A stretch of 64,000 nucleotides of DNA from Eubacteriales bacterium (GTDB taxonomy: Bacteria > Bacillota > Clostridia > Oscillospirales > CAG-272). Shown here in pieces: positions 19,162 through 28,342 of the stretch; the first letter of the stretch is position 1, and each line of letters opens with the position of its first letter. The notes under the pieces are model-generated. The model did no database searches. It was not told the DNA's origin and saw nothing but the letters and a program-made list of their open reading frames with translations. The translations under genes were made by a program, and so were the position numbers. The stretch lies in NCBI GenBank assembly GCA_045631445.1, contig JAZQUS010000054.1, forward strand, positions 13,166 through 77,165. Reading direction: 5' to 3'.

Positions 19162-19998
19162 ATGAAGATTATTTTTTTGGGTGGCGATTTACGCCAAAAA
19201 TATGCAAACGATTATTTGATTAATAACGGATTTGATTCAAAACTATATCTTAATTTTGATGTAATGAACATTGAGAATGAAATTAGAGACGCTAAAATTA
19301 TTGCTCTGCCAATTCCGATTTCAAATGATAGCATTCATTTGAATATGAATGAAAATAGCATATTAATAGATGATGTAATAGAAATGACAAAATTGAATTC
19401 GGTTATTTTGGGTGGGAAATTGACTAATAAAATGATGGACAAATACGCTAAAAATAGAATTCTTATTGACTATATGGACATTGAGCCATTTCAAATTCAA
19501 AACGCGCTTCTTTCTGCAGAGGGGGCAATATATTATGCGAAAGAAAAAATAGAAAAGAGTATATACGGGTCTAATATCGCAATATTAGGGTGCGGACGGA
19601 TTGGTAAAATTCTTGCATATTTATTACGCTCGCAGGGGGCTATTGTTACGGTGATGGCAAGATGTGATGTGAATCTTGTGTGGAGTAAATTAATAGGCTT
19701 AAATACTTTAAAAATATCAGCCAAAAACAAACTGATTACTAAAAAATACGATATTATTTTTAACACCATACCACACAGGGTTATGGACGAAGAGTTTATC
19801 AATGCTTTAGATGAAAATACACTAATTATTGATCTTGCATCATTTCCTTACGGAATTGATGATAGATTTGTGAATGAATATAACTTAAAATATTATAGGG
19901 AACTTGGAATTCCAGGTAGATATGCGCCTGTGAGCGCTGGGGAAATAATTGCCAAGACCATAATAACTAACATACTTACGAGGGAGGATATAATTTGA
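19162..19998 (+). CDS. dpaA: dipicolinate synthase subunit A
   Basis: ATG 19162 follows AGGAGG. Rossmann motif GCGRIG. Immediately followed by, and overlapping, the flavoprotein subunit gene. Confidence 0.8.
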   Translation: MKIIFLGGDLRQKYANDYLINNGFDSKLYLNFDVMNIENEIRDAKIIALPIPISNDSIHLNMNENSILIDDVIEMTKLNSVILGGKLTNKMMDKYAKNRILIDYMDIEPFQIQNALLSAEGAIYYAKEKIEKSIYGSNIAILGCGRIGKILAYLLRSQGAIVTVMARCDVNLVWSKLIGLNTLKISAKNKLITKKYDIIFNTIPHRVMDEEFINALDENTLIIDLASFPYGIDDRFVNEYNLKYYRELGIPGRYAPVSAGEIIAKTIITNILTREDII

Positions 19999-20555
19999 TT
20001 GGATTTGCTTTGACAGGGTCATTTTGTACAATATCGAAAGCGTTAGAAATAATGAATGATTTGGTATTAAAAGGATATGATATTTTGCCTATTATGAGCG
20101 AAAATGTGTATAATACGAACACAAGATTTGCTTCTTTTGATGACGTTAGAAAAAGGGCTATGGAAATTAGTGGCAGGAAAATTATACACACTATCACGGA
20201 CGCAGAACCGCTTGGTCCCAAAATCAAGCTTGATGCTATGGTAGTGTGTCCCTGCACGGGAAATACACTCTCCAAAATAGCAAACGGAATTACTGATACA
20301 AGCGTTACCATGGCGACGAAGGCACATTTGAGAAATAATAATCCCTTGTTGATTTGTTTAGCATCCAATGATGCTCTTTCTGCAAATTTGAAAAATATAG
20401 CTACTTTAATGTCACGCAAAAATGTGTATTTTACGCCTATGCACCAAGATGATCCGATAAACAAACCACATTCTCTTGTTGCAGAGTTTGAACTTGTAGA
20501 AAATTCTTTGCAACTTGCATTTTTAGGAAAACAAAATCCTAAAATATTTATATAA
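19995..20555 (+). CDS. dpaB: dipicolinate synthase subunit B (flavoprotein)
   Basis: GFALTGSFCT N-terminus and PCTGNTLSKIANGITD motif of SpoVFB. TTG start after GGGAGG. 4-nt overlap with dpaA. Confidence 0.85.
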   Translation: MIGFALTGSFCTISKALEIMNDLVLKGYDILPIMSENVYNTNTRFASFDDVRKRAMEISGRKIIHTITDAEPLGPKIKLDAMVVCPCTGNTLSKIANGITDTSVTMATKAHLRNNNPLLICLASNDALSANLKNIATLMSRKNVYFTPMHQDDPINKPHSLVAEFELVENSLQLAFLGKQNPKIFI

Positions 20556-20557
20556 GC

Positions 20558-20590
20558 AACAATCGCAGACAAAATCTGTCTGCGATTGTT
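20558..20590. terminator. bidirectional terminator between dpaB (+) and nrdG (-)
   Basis: 13-bp perfect stem AACAATCGCAGAC / GTCTGCGATTGTT between convergent genes, with A/T-rich flanks. Confidence 0.8.
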
Positions 20591-20591
20591 A

Positions 20592-21152
20592 TTATTCATA
20601 TATGTTTCCACTTCCCATTTTTCTTTCCCAAACGCCGTCAAGAAGTATCATTTTATCTTGAGAGAGAGAAGCTTTAACGTCAATTATATTTTGATTAGAG
20701 GATCCCCTAAATAGCAGTGCGGGACTTTTTAATTCCTCAACAAATTTGCCATCAACAAGTACATCAATAAGTTCGAGCAATTTATTAACGCTTTCTTGAT
20801 TTTGTCTAACTTTAGGAAGAAGGTCTTTTTCAAAACTAAAGCCCGAATAACACCATATCTTTTTGTTTGGTAATTCAGCCTTGAACTGAGTTAGAAGTTC
20901 AATAAGTGCATCTTGATTTTCGGGTTCAAACGGTTCTCCGCCAAGAAGAGTTAATCCTTCGATAAACGATGGTCTTGATGCATCTATTATCTTATCTATT
21001 TCGGCTTGAGTGAACGGATTACCATAATTAAAATTCCATGTTTCCGGGTTAAAACATCCCTTGCAATGATGTCTGCAACCGCTAACAAAAAGGGAAGTTC
21101 TTACACCGGGGCCGTTGGCTATGTCATTTTCACGAATAAGAGCGTAATTCAT
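20592..21152 (-). CDS. nrdG: anaerobic ribonucleoside-triphosphate reductase activating protein
   Basis: Radical SAM CxxxCxxC (CRHHCKGC) and GGEPF motif. Directly downstream of nrdD. Confidence 0.9.
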   Translation of the reverse strand: MNYALIRENDIANGPGVRTSLFVSGCRHHCKGCFNPETWNFNYGNPFTQAEIDKIIDASRPSFIEGLTLLGGEPFEPENQDALIELLTQFKAELPNKKIWCYSGFSFEKDLLPKVRQNQESVNKLLELIDVLVDGKFVEELKSPALLFRGSSNQNIIDVKASLSQDKMILLDGVWERKMGSGNIYE

Positions 21153-21164
21153 AAGTGCCTCTTA

Positions 21165-23339
21165 TCAAAGATGAAGAACTCTTTCTTTGATTTCTTGAGT
21201 TCTGCCCTGATTCCAATACTGTGTACCGATATAGCCACAGGTTCTACGCGCAACGTTCATTGTAGACTGGTCGGTGTTTCCGCAGTTGGGACATTTCCAA
21301 ACGAGTTTTCCATCCTCATCAACAACTTCAATCTCACCGTCAAATCCACAAGCTTGGCAATAGTCACTCTTGGTGTTAAGCTCGGCATACATAATATTGT
21401 CATATATGAACTTCATAACAGAGAGTACTGCATCAAGGTTATTTTGCATATCAGGAACTTCCACATAAGAGATTGCGCCACCGGGAGAAAGTGCTTGGAA
21501 CTTGGACTCAAGAGCGAGCTTTTTGAAAGCATCAATTTCTTCTGTTACGTGTACATGGTAGCTGTTAGTGATATAGGTTTTATCTGTAATGCCTTTAACA
21601 GTACCAAAGCGTTTTTGCAAGCATTTAGCAAATTTGTATGTGGTGCTTTCAAGAGGAGTACCGTAAAGGGAATAGTCAATACATTCCTCTGCCTTCCACT
21701 TGGCGGTATATTCATTAAGCTTTCTCATAATTTCAAGTCCAAGTGCTTCACCTTCGGGTTCAGTAAGCTTTTTGCCATTGAGAGCAAGAACACATTCCCA
21801 AAGTCCTGCATAACCAAGAGAAAGGGTAGAATATCCTCCGTGAAGATATTTGTCGATTACTTCACCCTTTGGAAGACGAAGAAGTGCTCCATGCTGCCAA
21901 AGGATTGGTGCAGCATCTGACAATGTGCCTGTAAGGCGTTCATGACGGCATTGCAATGCTCTATGACAAAGTTCCATTCTTGAGTCGAATATTTCCCAGA
22001 ATTTATTCATATCACCTTCTGCAGAAAGACCGATATCAACAAGGTTAACTGTTACAACACCCTGATTAAATCTTCCATAATACTTGGGTTGACCGTTTTC
22101 ATCAATGTATGGAGTCAAGAAGCTTCTGCATCCCATACAGGTGTAGCAATGACCGTCTCCGTTTTTATCAATCTTATTTTGGAGCATGATTTTTTCGGAG
22201 ATATAGTCGGGAACCATTCTTTTAGCAGTGCATTTTGCCGCAAGCTTTGTGAGATAGTAATAGGGGCTATCTTCGTGAATATTATCTTCTTCCAAAACAT
22301 AGATAAGCTTTGGGAAGGCAGGAGTAACCCAAACACCTTTTTCATTTTTTACTCCCTTATAACGTTGTTTAAGGGTTTCTTCAATAATGATTGCAAGGTC
22401 GCGTTTTTCGCGATCATTTTTTGCCTCATTCAAATACATAAACACGGTTACAAATGGAGCTTGTCCATTAGTGGTCATAAGAGTTACAACCTGGTATTGA
22501 ATGGTTTGAACACCGCTTCTAATTTCCCCAAGAAGACGGTTTTCGGTAATTCTGTCAATATCTTCTTCGGTAACATCGGGATTTATGCTTCTAAGTTCAT
22601 CTTCAACAGCAATTCTAATTTTTTTACGGCTTACATCAACGAATGGTGCAAGATGAGTAAGGCTTATACTTTGGCCACCATATTGACAAGAAGCTACCTG
22701 AGCGATAATTTGTGTAGCAATGTTACAAGCGGTAGAGAAGCTGTGGGGCTTTTCAATCATGGTTCCGCTAATAACCGTACCGTTTTGGAGCATATCCTCA
22801 AGATTTACAAGGTCACAGTTGTGCATATGCTGAGCAAAATAGTCGGAATCGTGGAAGTGAATGATTCCTTTTTCATGCGCTTCAACAATATCTGCAGGAA
22901 GAAGAATACGTTTTGTGATATCCTTACTAACCTCGCCTGCCATATAGTCGCGTTGAACGCTGTTGACGGTGGGATTTTTGTTGGAGTTTTCCTGCTTTAC
23001 TTCTTCGTTATTACACTCGATAAGACTGAGAATTTGCTCGTCAGTTGTGTTAGCTTTTCTTACAAGAGCTCGATTGTATCGATAGGTGATGTATCTACGC
23101 GCGACCTCAAATGCTCGTTGATTCATAATCTGGTCTTCAACCATATCTTGAATTTCTTCTACATTTAGGGATCTATTCATATGAAGTGCTGCCATTTCGA
23201 CATCTTCTGCTATTCTTTTAATTTGGATTTCTGTCATTCGTGCGCTTGGTACAACGCTTTCGTTAGCTTTGGTTATAGCGATAATAATTTTGTTGGGATC
23301 AAATATCACTTCTGAGCCATTTCTTTTGATAATTTTCAT
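21165..23339 (-). CDS. nrdD: anaerobic ribonucleoside-triphosphate reductase
   Basis: 724 aa with an N-terminal ATP-cone, a C-terminal zinc site (CQACG...CPNCG) and the glycyl-radical motif RRTCGYIG. Confidence 0.95.
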   Translation of the reverse strand: MKIIKRNGSEVIFDPNKIIIAITKANESVVPSARMTEIQIKRIAEDVEMAALHMNRSLNVEEIQDMVEDQIMNQRAFEVARRYITYRYNRALVRKANTTDEQILSLIECNNEEVKQENSNKNPTVNSVQRDYMAGEVSKDITKRILLPADIVEAHEKGIIHFHDSDYFAQHMHNCDLVNLEDMLQNGTVISGTMIEKPHSFSTACNIATQIIAQVASCQYGGQSISLTHLAPFVDVSRKKIRIAVEDELRSINPDVTEEDIDRITENRLLGEIRSGVQTIQYQVVTLMTTNGQAPFVTVFMYLNEAKNDREKRDLAIIIEETLKQRYKGVKNEKGVWVTPAFPKLIYVLEEDNIHEDSPYYYLTKLAAKCTAKRMVPDYISEKIMLQNKIDKNGDGHCYTCMGCRSFLTPYIDENGQPKYYGRFNQGVVTVNLVDIGLSAEGDMNKFWEIFDSRMELCHRALQCRHERLTGTLSDAAPILWQHGALLRLPKGEVIDKYLHGGYSTLSLGYAGLWECVLALNGKKLTEPEGEALGLEIMRKLNEYTAKWKAEECIDYSLYGTPLESTTYKFAKCLQKRFGTVKGITDKTYITNSYHVHVTEEIDAFKKLALESKFQALSPGGAISYVEVPDMQNNLDAVLSVMKFIYDNIMYAELNTKSDYCQACGFDGEIEVVDEDGKLVWKCPNCGNTDQSTMNVARRTCGYIGTQYWNQGRTQEIKERVLHL

Positions 23340-23397
23340 AGTAACCTCCTTAGAAATTTAATTCATATATATAAACGCGCTAAAATTCGACAGTTTA

Positions 23398-23449
23398 ATT
23401 ATAACTATATATTGTGGTTGTGTCAATAGGAAAAATCAATATATTGTAA
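23398..23449 (-). promoter_or_regulatory. nrdDG promoter with two NrdR boxes
   Basis: On the minus strand: TTGACA (23421-23426), 17-nt spacer, TATAAT (23398-23403). Box 1 CCACAATATATAGTT (23403-23417) fills the spacer. Box 2 TTACAATATATTGAT (23435-23449) lies 32 bp upstream. Confidence 0.75.
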
Positions 23450-23582
23450 ATTTTGTTACTAAGCAACAATTTTGAACTCGGTTTTTAGTTATTTTTGACA
23501 TAGTGTATTATTTTAAGGAATTTTTAAGGTTGAAATGATAATATACGATTGCAAAAAAATACATTATATAGTAGGAGACATT

Positions 23583-26303
23583 ATGTTAGAACTTAAAAAT
23601 ATAAGAAAAACGTATGGAAAGGGCGAGGCTGCGGTTGAGGCACTAAAGGGTGTTAGTATTAAATTCCGTGAAAGCGAATTTGTTTCAATACTTGGACAAT
23701 CAGGGTGTGGTAAGACTACTTTGCTTAATATTGTTGGAGGTCTCGACCAATACACAAGTGGTGATCTTATAATAAATAACACTTCAACAAAAGATTATAC
23801 GGATTCAGATTGGGATACCTATAGAAATCACTCTATTGGTTTTATTTTCCAAAGTTATAATCTTATTTCACACCAAACGGTTCTTGCAAATGTAGAACTT
23901 GCATTGACACTAAGTGGTGTATCTAAAAACGAAAGAAGAAAAAGAGCTGTCCAAGCTCTTGATAAAGTTGGTCTTCGCTCCCAAATGAATAAACGTCCCA
24001 ATCAGCTTTCTGGCGGTCAGATGCAAAGAGTTGCTATTGCGCGTGCGCTTATTAATAATCCTGATATTTTGCTTGCGGATGAGCCTACGGGTGCACTTGA
24101 CTCCGAAACAAGCGTTCAGGTAATGGATCTTTTGAAGGAAATTGCAAAAGATCGACTTGTTATTATGGTTACGCATAACCCTGAGCTTGCGGAGCAATAT
24201 TCTTCAAGAATTATCAATCTTCGTGATGGAAATCTTGTTGGTGACTCCAACCCATATGATGGTAAAATTGATATGGAAGAGTTTTACGCTTTGCAAGCCA
24301 ACAAAAATACAGTTATTAAGAAAAAGAAGGCCTCAATGTCATTTTGGACTGCAATGTCACTTTCTTTTAACAACTTGATGACAAAAAAAGGAAGAACGTT
24401 TTTAACTTCGTTTGCGGGTTCAATTGGTATTATTGGTATTGCGCTCATTCTTGCTGTTTCAACGGGTGTTAATGCATATATTAAGTCGATTGAAGAAAGT
24501 ACTATGTCGTCATATCCATTACAGATTATGCAGAATACGATGGATCCAACTACTATGATGGCTTCAATGATGCAGGCTGCTGAATCTGCCAATCAAAAGC
24601 GTGAGCCTGGCAAGGTTTATTCTAGTCAAATAATGGCACAGATGATGACTATGATGACGGACTCTGCTGCAACTAATAATCTTGAGAAATTCAAAGCTTT
24701 TCTTGATTCCAATAGAGAAATACAGGATTTGGTGACTGATATTAAATATGATTATTCTCCAAACTGGAATATCTATTTGCAGTTAGAGGATGGTAGCTAT
24801 AGGAACAGTTCACAAGGCCTTGAAGAAATGTATTCCTCAATGGGAGTTACGGGAACGTCTCAGGATATGATGCTTGGTATGAGTACTATGATGGGATCAT
24901 CTATGGGTAGTGTTACAGGTTGGACAGAGCTCGTAGGAGATCTCGGTCATTTGAAAAGTGAATATGAGCTTATTGATGGTAAATATCCTGAAAAGTCAAA
25001 CGAAATCGTTTTGATTGTTGATGAGAATAATCAGATTTCTGACTATACTCTTTATGTTTTGGGTATTCGTGACTTTGCTGAAATACAAGAATATATGGAG
25101 GCAGCAATAAAGGCACAGTTGTCGGGCAATAAGATCGATATTGATATTCCTGCAACAGATTACACCTATGAGGAAATATATGATTTTGATTTCAAGGTGT
25201 TGCTCAATAGCGACCATTACGCGCTTGAGGGTGATAAAATAGTTAAGCTAACAGATAATGATAAGGGCTTTAAGGAACGACTTGATTCTGCAATGGAGTT
25301 AAAGATAGTTGGTATCGTTCGCCCGACCGACGATTCAATGAATATGGCAAATATCGGAACCATAGGATACCTTTCGAGTCTTAAGGATGAGGTTATTAAA
25401 AAAAGTAATAATAGTGCTGTTGTAAAGGCACAACTCAAAAATCCAGATGTTGATATGTTCACAGGAATTAGATTTGATTCTAAGGGATACACAATGGACG
25501 ATTTCCCAATGATAAAGGAGATTATTCAAAAATATCCGGGAATTGATACTACATTTATTATTGATGCTCTTGTGGAGCAATTGAATATGCCATATCTTAA
25601 GGATTTGATTTTGCAATATGTTCCCACAAGCGCAGAATCCTTGATGAATATGATTATCAAGCATCTTAACGAGAATAAAGTAACAACTAATACTTACAAG
25701 GAAAATCTTGAGGCACTCGGATATATTGATATTGAAAATCCAACGTCAATTTCTATTTATCCTAAGGATTTTGAAGCAAAAGAAAGAATTAATGAACTGA
25801 TTGCGGAATATAATAATCAACAGAATGAAGATGATAAAATTATTTATTCCGATACTGTGGCTCTTCTTATGAGCTCAGTAACAACAATTATCGATGCTAT
25901 TTCTTACGTGCTTATTGCTTTCGTTGCAATTTCACTTATTGTATCATCTATAATGATTGGTATTATAACTTATATTTCTGTTCTTGAGAGAACGAAGGAA
26001 ATTGGTATTCTTCGTGCGATTGGTGCTTCTAAGAAGGATATTGCTCGAGTATTTAACGCAGAAACGCTGTTCGTGGGATTTGTTGCTGGTATGATTGGTA
26101 TCATTTGCTCGCTTGGATTGATAGTAATAATAAATATAATACTTTATCATTTCACAGGTATTGCAAATCTTCAGGCAGTTCTTGAACCCGTTCCGGCGAT
26201 AATTCTTGTTGCTATCAGTATGGGACTCACATTTATTGCAGGATTGTTCCCATCAAAGACAGCATCCAAAAAAGATCCTGTAATTGCGCTTAGAACAGAA
26301 TAA
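23583..26303 (+). CDS. fused ABC transporter ATP-binding/permease protein (MacB/FtsX type)
   Basis: ATG 23583 follows AGGAG. Walker A GQSGCGKTT, signature LSGGQ and Walker B LLADEPT. After the first TM helix come several hundred residues without an obvious TM segment, then a C-terminal FtsX-type helix bundle. Confidence 0.85.
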   Translation: MLELKNIRKTYGKGEAAVEALKGVSIKFRESEFVSILGQSGCGKTTLLNIVGGLDQYTSGDLIINNTSTKDYTDSDWDTYRNHSIGFIFQSYNLISHQTVLANVELALTLSGVSKNERRKRAVQALDKVGLRSQMNKRPNQLSGGQMQRVAIARALINNPDILLADEPTGALDSETSVQVMDLLKEIAKDRLVIMVTHNPELAEQYSSRIINLRDGNLVGDSNPYDGKIDMEEFYALQANKNTVIKKKKASMSFWTAMSLSFNNLMTKKGRTFLTSFAGSIGIIGIALILAVSTGVNAYIKSIEESTMSSYPLQIMQNTMDPTTMMASMMQAAESANQKREPGKVYSSQIMAQMMTMMTDSAATNNLEKFKAFLDSNREIQDLVTDIKYDYSPNWNIYLQLEDGSYRNSSQGLEEMYSSMGVTGTSQDMMLGMSTMMGSSMGSVTGWTELVGDLGHLKSEYELIDGKYPEKSNEIVLIVDENNQISDYTLYVLGIRDFAEIQEYMEAAIKAQLSGNKIDIDIPATDYTYEEIYDFDFKVLLNSDHYALEGDKIVKLTDNDKGFKERLDSAMELKIVGIVRPTDDSMNMANIGTIGYLSSLKDEVIKKSNNSAVVKAQLKNPDVDMFTGIRFDSKGYTMDDFPMIKEIIQKYPGIDTTFIIDALVEQLNMPYLKDLILQYVPTSAESLMNMIIKHLNENKVTTNTYKENLEALGYIDIENPTSISIYPKDFEAKERINELIAEYNNQQNEDDKIIYSDTVALLMSSVTTIIDAISYVLIAFVAISLIVSSIMIGIITYISVLERTKEIGILRAIGASKKDIARVFNAETLFVGFVAGMIGIICSLGLIVIINIILYHFTGIANLQAVLEPVPAIILVAISMGLTFIAGLFPSKTASKKDPVIALRTE

Positions 26304-26313
26304 GGAGTGTTTT

Positions 26314-26721
26314 ATGAGAAATTTCTTGTTTAGAATAGCAGGGAAGATGAGAGCGTTTTTCTATGGTAGAAACGGTTTTGACGATCTTGCAAAGCATAGC
26401 TTGATTCTTTCAATAGTAGTCTTTTTGATATATGGATTTTTGCCACAAGGAATTCTTAAATTGATATTTTCATTAATCACTTATGGATTAATGGTATATG
26501 CATATTTTAGAATTCTTTCCAAAAAGGTTTATAAAAGAACACAAGAGAATAAAAAATATCTTGGTGCAATCAATATGACTAAAACAAGATGGAAGCAGAG
26601 AAAAACACATAAGTTTTATCGTTGTCCTAAATGTAAAACCTGGTTGCGAGTTCCTAAAGGTAGGGGAAAGATAACAATTACCTGCGTAAAATGTTCAACA
26701 AAATTTGATAAAAGAACTTAA
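26314..26721 (+). CDS. membrane protein with C-terminal zinc-ribbon
   Basis: ATG 26314 follows AAGGAG, which overlaps the ABC gene stop. Two TM helices are followed by CPKC...CVKC. Confidence 0.6.
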   Translation: MRNFLFRIAGKMRAFFYGRNGFDDLAKHSLILSIVVFLIYGFLPQGILKLIFSLITYGLMVYAYFRILSKKVYKRTQENKKYLGAINMTKTRWKQRKTHKFYRCPKCKTWLRVPKGRGKITITCVKCSTKFDKRT

Positions 26722-26728
26722 TGTTTTT

Positions 26729-26763
26729 GAGCGGTGGCTTAATGCCATCGCTCTTGTATTTTT
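26729..26763 (+). terminator. Rho-independent terminator
   Basis: Stem GAGCGGTGGC / GCCATCGCTC (one G-U pair), 5-nt loop, T-rich tail. Confidence 0.75.
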
Positions 26764-26805
26764 GATAATCTAAATGTCAAAAATCATATGAAAGGATGTG
26801 ATAAT

Positions 26806-27777
26806 ATGTGTACTGCGATAAGCTTTAATGCAAAAGGACATTATTTTGGAAGAACTTTAGATCTTGAAAAGAGATACGGTGAGTGTGTAACTATTACACC
26901 GAGAAACTATGTGTTTAAATTTAAAATGGAGGAAGCAACAGAAAGCCATTATGCAATTATTGGGATGGCAGTGATGGTTGAAAATTATCCATTATATTTT
27001 GATGCCACAAATGAATATGGGTTGAGTATTGCAGGACTAAATTTTGTGGGTAATGCTTATTACGGAGAAGCAATTAGCGGAAAAATAAACCTTGCACCAT
27101 ATGAGCTAATACCGTATTTGCTTTCAAAATGCAAAACAGTTGATGAGTGTGATGAGATATTGAAAGAAATCAATTTAGTGAATATTCCATTTAATGATAA
27201 ATTGGAAAATGCTCAACTTCATTGGTTGATAGCGGACAAAGAAAAAAGCATTGTTCTTGAATGTATGAGAGAGGGAATGAAAATTCATAGAAATACTATC
27301 GGTGTGCTTACTAACAATCCACCGTTTGAATATCAAATGATGAATTTGAATAATTATATGGGGCTTTCGAATCTTGACCCCAAAAATACTTTTTCAAACA
27401 AGATTGAATTGAAAGCTTATAGCAGAGGAATGGGAGGGATTGGTTTGCCGGGAGATTTTTCTTCAATGTCAAGATTTGTTAAGGTTGCTTTCACTAAATT
27501 GAATTCCATAATTCCTGTTGATAAGATTAGCTCAGTTAGTCAATTTTTGCATATTTTAGGCACAGTTGAGCAGGTGGAGGGGTGTGTAATATTTGAAAAT
27601 CAATTTGAAAGGACACAATATATGAGCTGTTGTGATACGGAGGAGGGTATATACTATTACAAAACCTATGAGAATAGTCAAATAACTGCGGTGAAAATGC
27701 ATAGCGAGAATTTAGAGGATAAAGAGCTTATTTGCTATGATTTAAAATATACCGAAAGTATTAATTGTATTAATTGA
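26806..27777 (+). CDS. choloylglycine hydrolase family protein (bile salt hydrolase / penicillin V acylase-like Ntn hydrolase)
   Basis: The start gives MCTAISF, with the nucleophile Cys at position 2. FGRTLD and NNPPF motifs are characteristic of the family. Confidence 0.85.
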   Translation: MCTAISFNAKGHYFGRTLDLEKRYGECVTITPRNYVFKFKMEEATESHYAIIGMAVMVENYPLYFDATNEYGLSIAGLNFVGNAYYGEAISGKINLAPYELIPYLLSKCKTVDECDEILKEINLVNIPFNDKLENAQLHWLIADKEKSIVLECMREGMKIHRNTIGVLTNNPPFEYQMMNLNNYMGLSNLDPKNTFSNKIELKAYSRGMGGIGLPGDFSSMSRFVKVAFTKLNSIIPVDKISSVSQFLHILGTVEQVEGCVIFENQFERTQYMSCCDTEEGIYYYKTYENSQITAVKMHSENLEDKELICYDLKYTESINCIN

Positions 27778-27779
27778 AC

Positions 27780-27798
27780 AAGGGGATAAAATCCCCTT
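27780..27798 (+). terminator. GC-cored hairpin after the hydrolase gene (possible terminator, no U-tract)
   Basis: AAGGGGAT-AAA-ATCCCCTT. Downstream is AAAGTA rather than a T-run. Confidence 0.4.
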
Positions 27799-27804
27799 AA
27801 AGTA

Positions 27805-27833
27805 TTGACAATTATTATATTTGGTGATATAAT
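27805..27833 (+). promoter_or_regulatory. consensus sigma-A promoter of the pilus operon
   Basis: TTGACA (27805-27810), 17-nt spacer, TGaTATAAT (-10 at 27828-27833). Confidence 0.75.
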
Positions 27834-27905
27834 TTATTATGTAGTAAAATGCGAATTTTTGTCGATGTTTTAACAAATTATCTTGTAAAGAAAGGAGTGC
27901 CCATA

Positions 27906-28328
27906 ATGCAGAAGAAAAATGGATTTACACTTGTGGAAATAATCGTGGTTATTGCAATTTCTGCAATAGTATTAACTATGGTTGGTACAACTATGGTTTT
28001 TATGACAAATGTTTCGGGCAACCTTCTTGAAGAGGCAGAAGATATCGATATGGCGAAAAATATTGAGAAGTATTTGAGGGGATTAGTCGATGATGGGTGT
28101 TCTCCCGACAACCTTACAATGACTTTTCCTGATTTGTATAACAAAAGCAAAAATACGGTTTTTGAGATTGATAATGATGGGAATATAAAAGAAAATACTT
28201 CGGGTAAAACCATTTTTTCTAATACTAGATTATCTGTATTTTCAATACAACAAGAAGGTGGCTTTATAAAATGCAAGATGATATTTGAAAGCGGCAAAGA
28301 ATTCGAATTTATCTTAGGAATAGCATAA
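27906..28328 (+). CDS. type IV prepilin / pseudopilin
   Basis: MQKKNG|FTLVEIIVVIAISAIVL class III signal peptide with Glu at +5. RBS AAAGGAG lies 9 nt upstream. Confidence 0.8.
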   Translation: MQKKNGFTLVEIIVVIAISAIVLTMVGTTMVFMTNVSGNLLEEAEDIDMAKNIEKYLRGLVDDGCSPDNLTMTFPDLYNKSKNTVFEIDNDGNIKENTSGKTIFSNTRLSVFSIQQEGGFIKCKMIFESGKEFEFILGIA

Positions 28329-28342
28329 GAGGAGGAATAGTA

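Noticed and set aside
19976-20641. 221-aa minus-strand ORF overlapping dpaB and the terminator
   Set aside because: It is antisense to dpaB, which has clear SpoVFB motifs. It runs through the bidirectional terminator hairpin and has no RBS.
21006-23168. Two long plus-strand ORFs (21006-21920, 304 aa; 22089-23168, 359 aa) opposite nrdD
   Set aside because: They lie entirely antisense to a well-supported nrdD gene. They have low-complexity, Phe/Ile/Asn-rich translations, no RBS and no recognisable motifs. They are typical shadow ORFs in AT-rich DNA.
23535-23582. N-terminal extensions in the ORF track, also at 8726, 11678, 15223, 18440, 19126, 26284, 26788, 27849, 30539, 34948, 48843, 56100 and 62457
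   Set aside because: In each case an internal ATG or TTG is preceded by a well-spaced GGAGG-like RBS and yields the conserved family N-terminus (for example MCTAISF for the Ntn hydrolase, or the MQKKNGFTLVE prepilin leader). The upstream extensions overlap terminators, promoters or the preceding gene.
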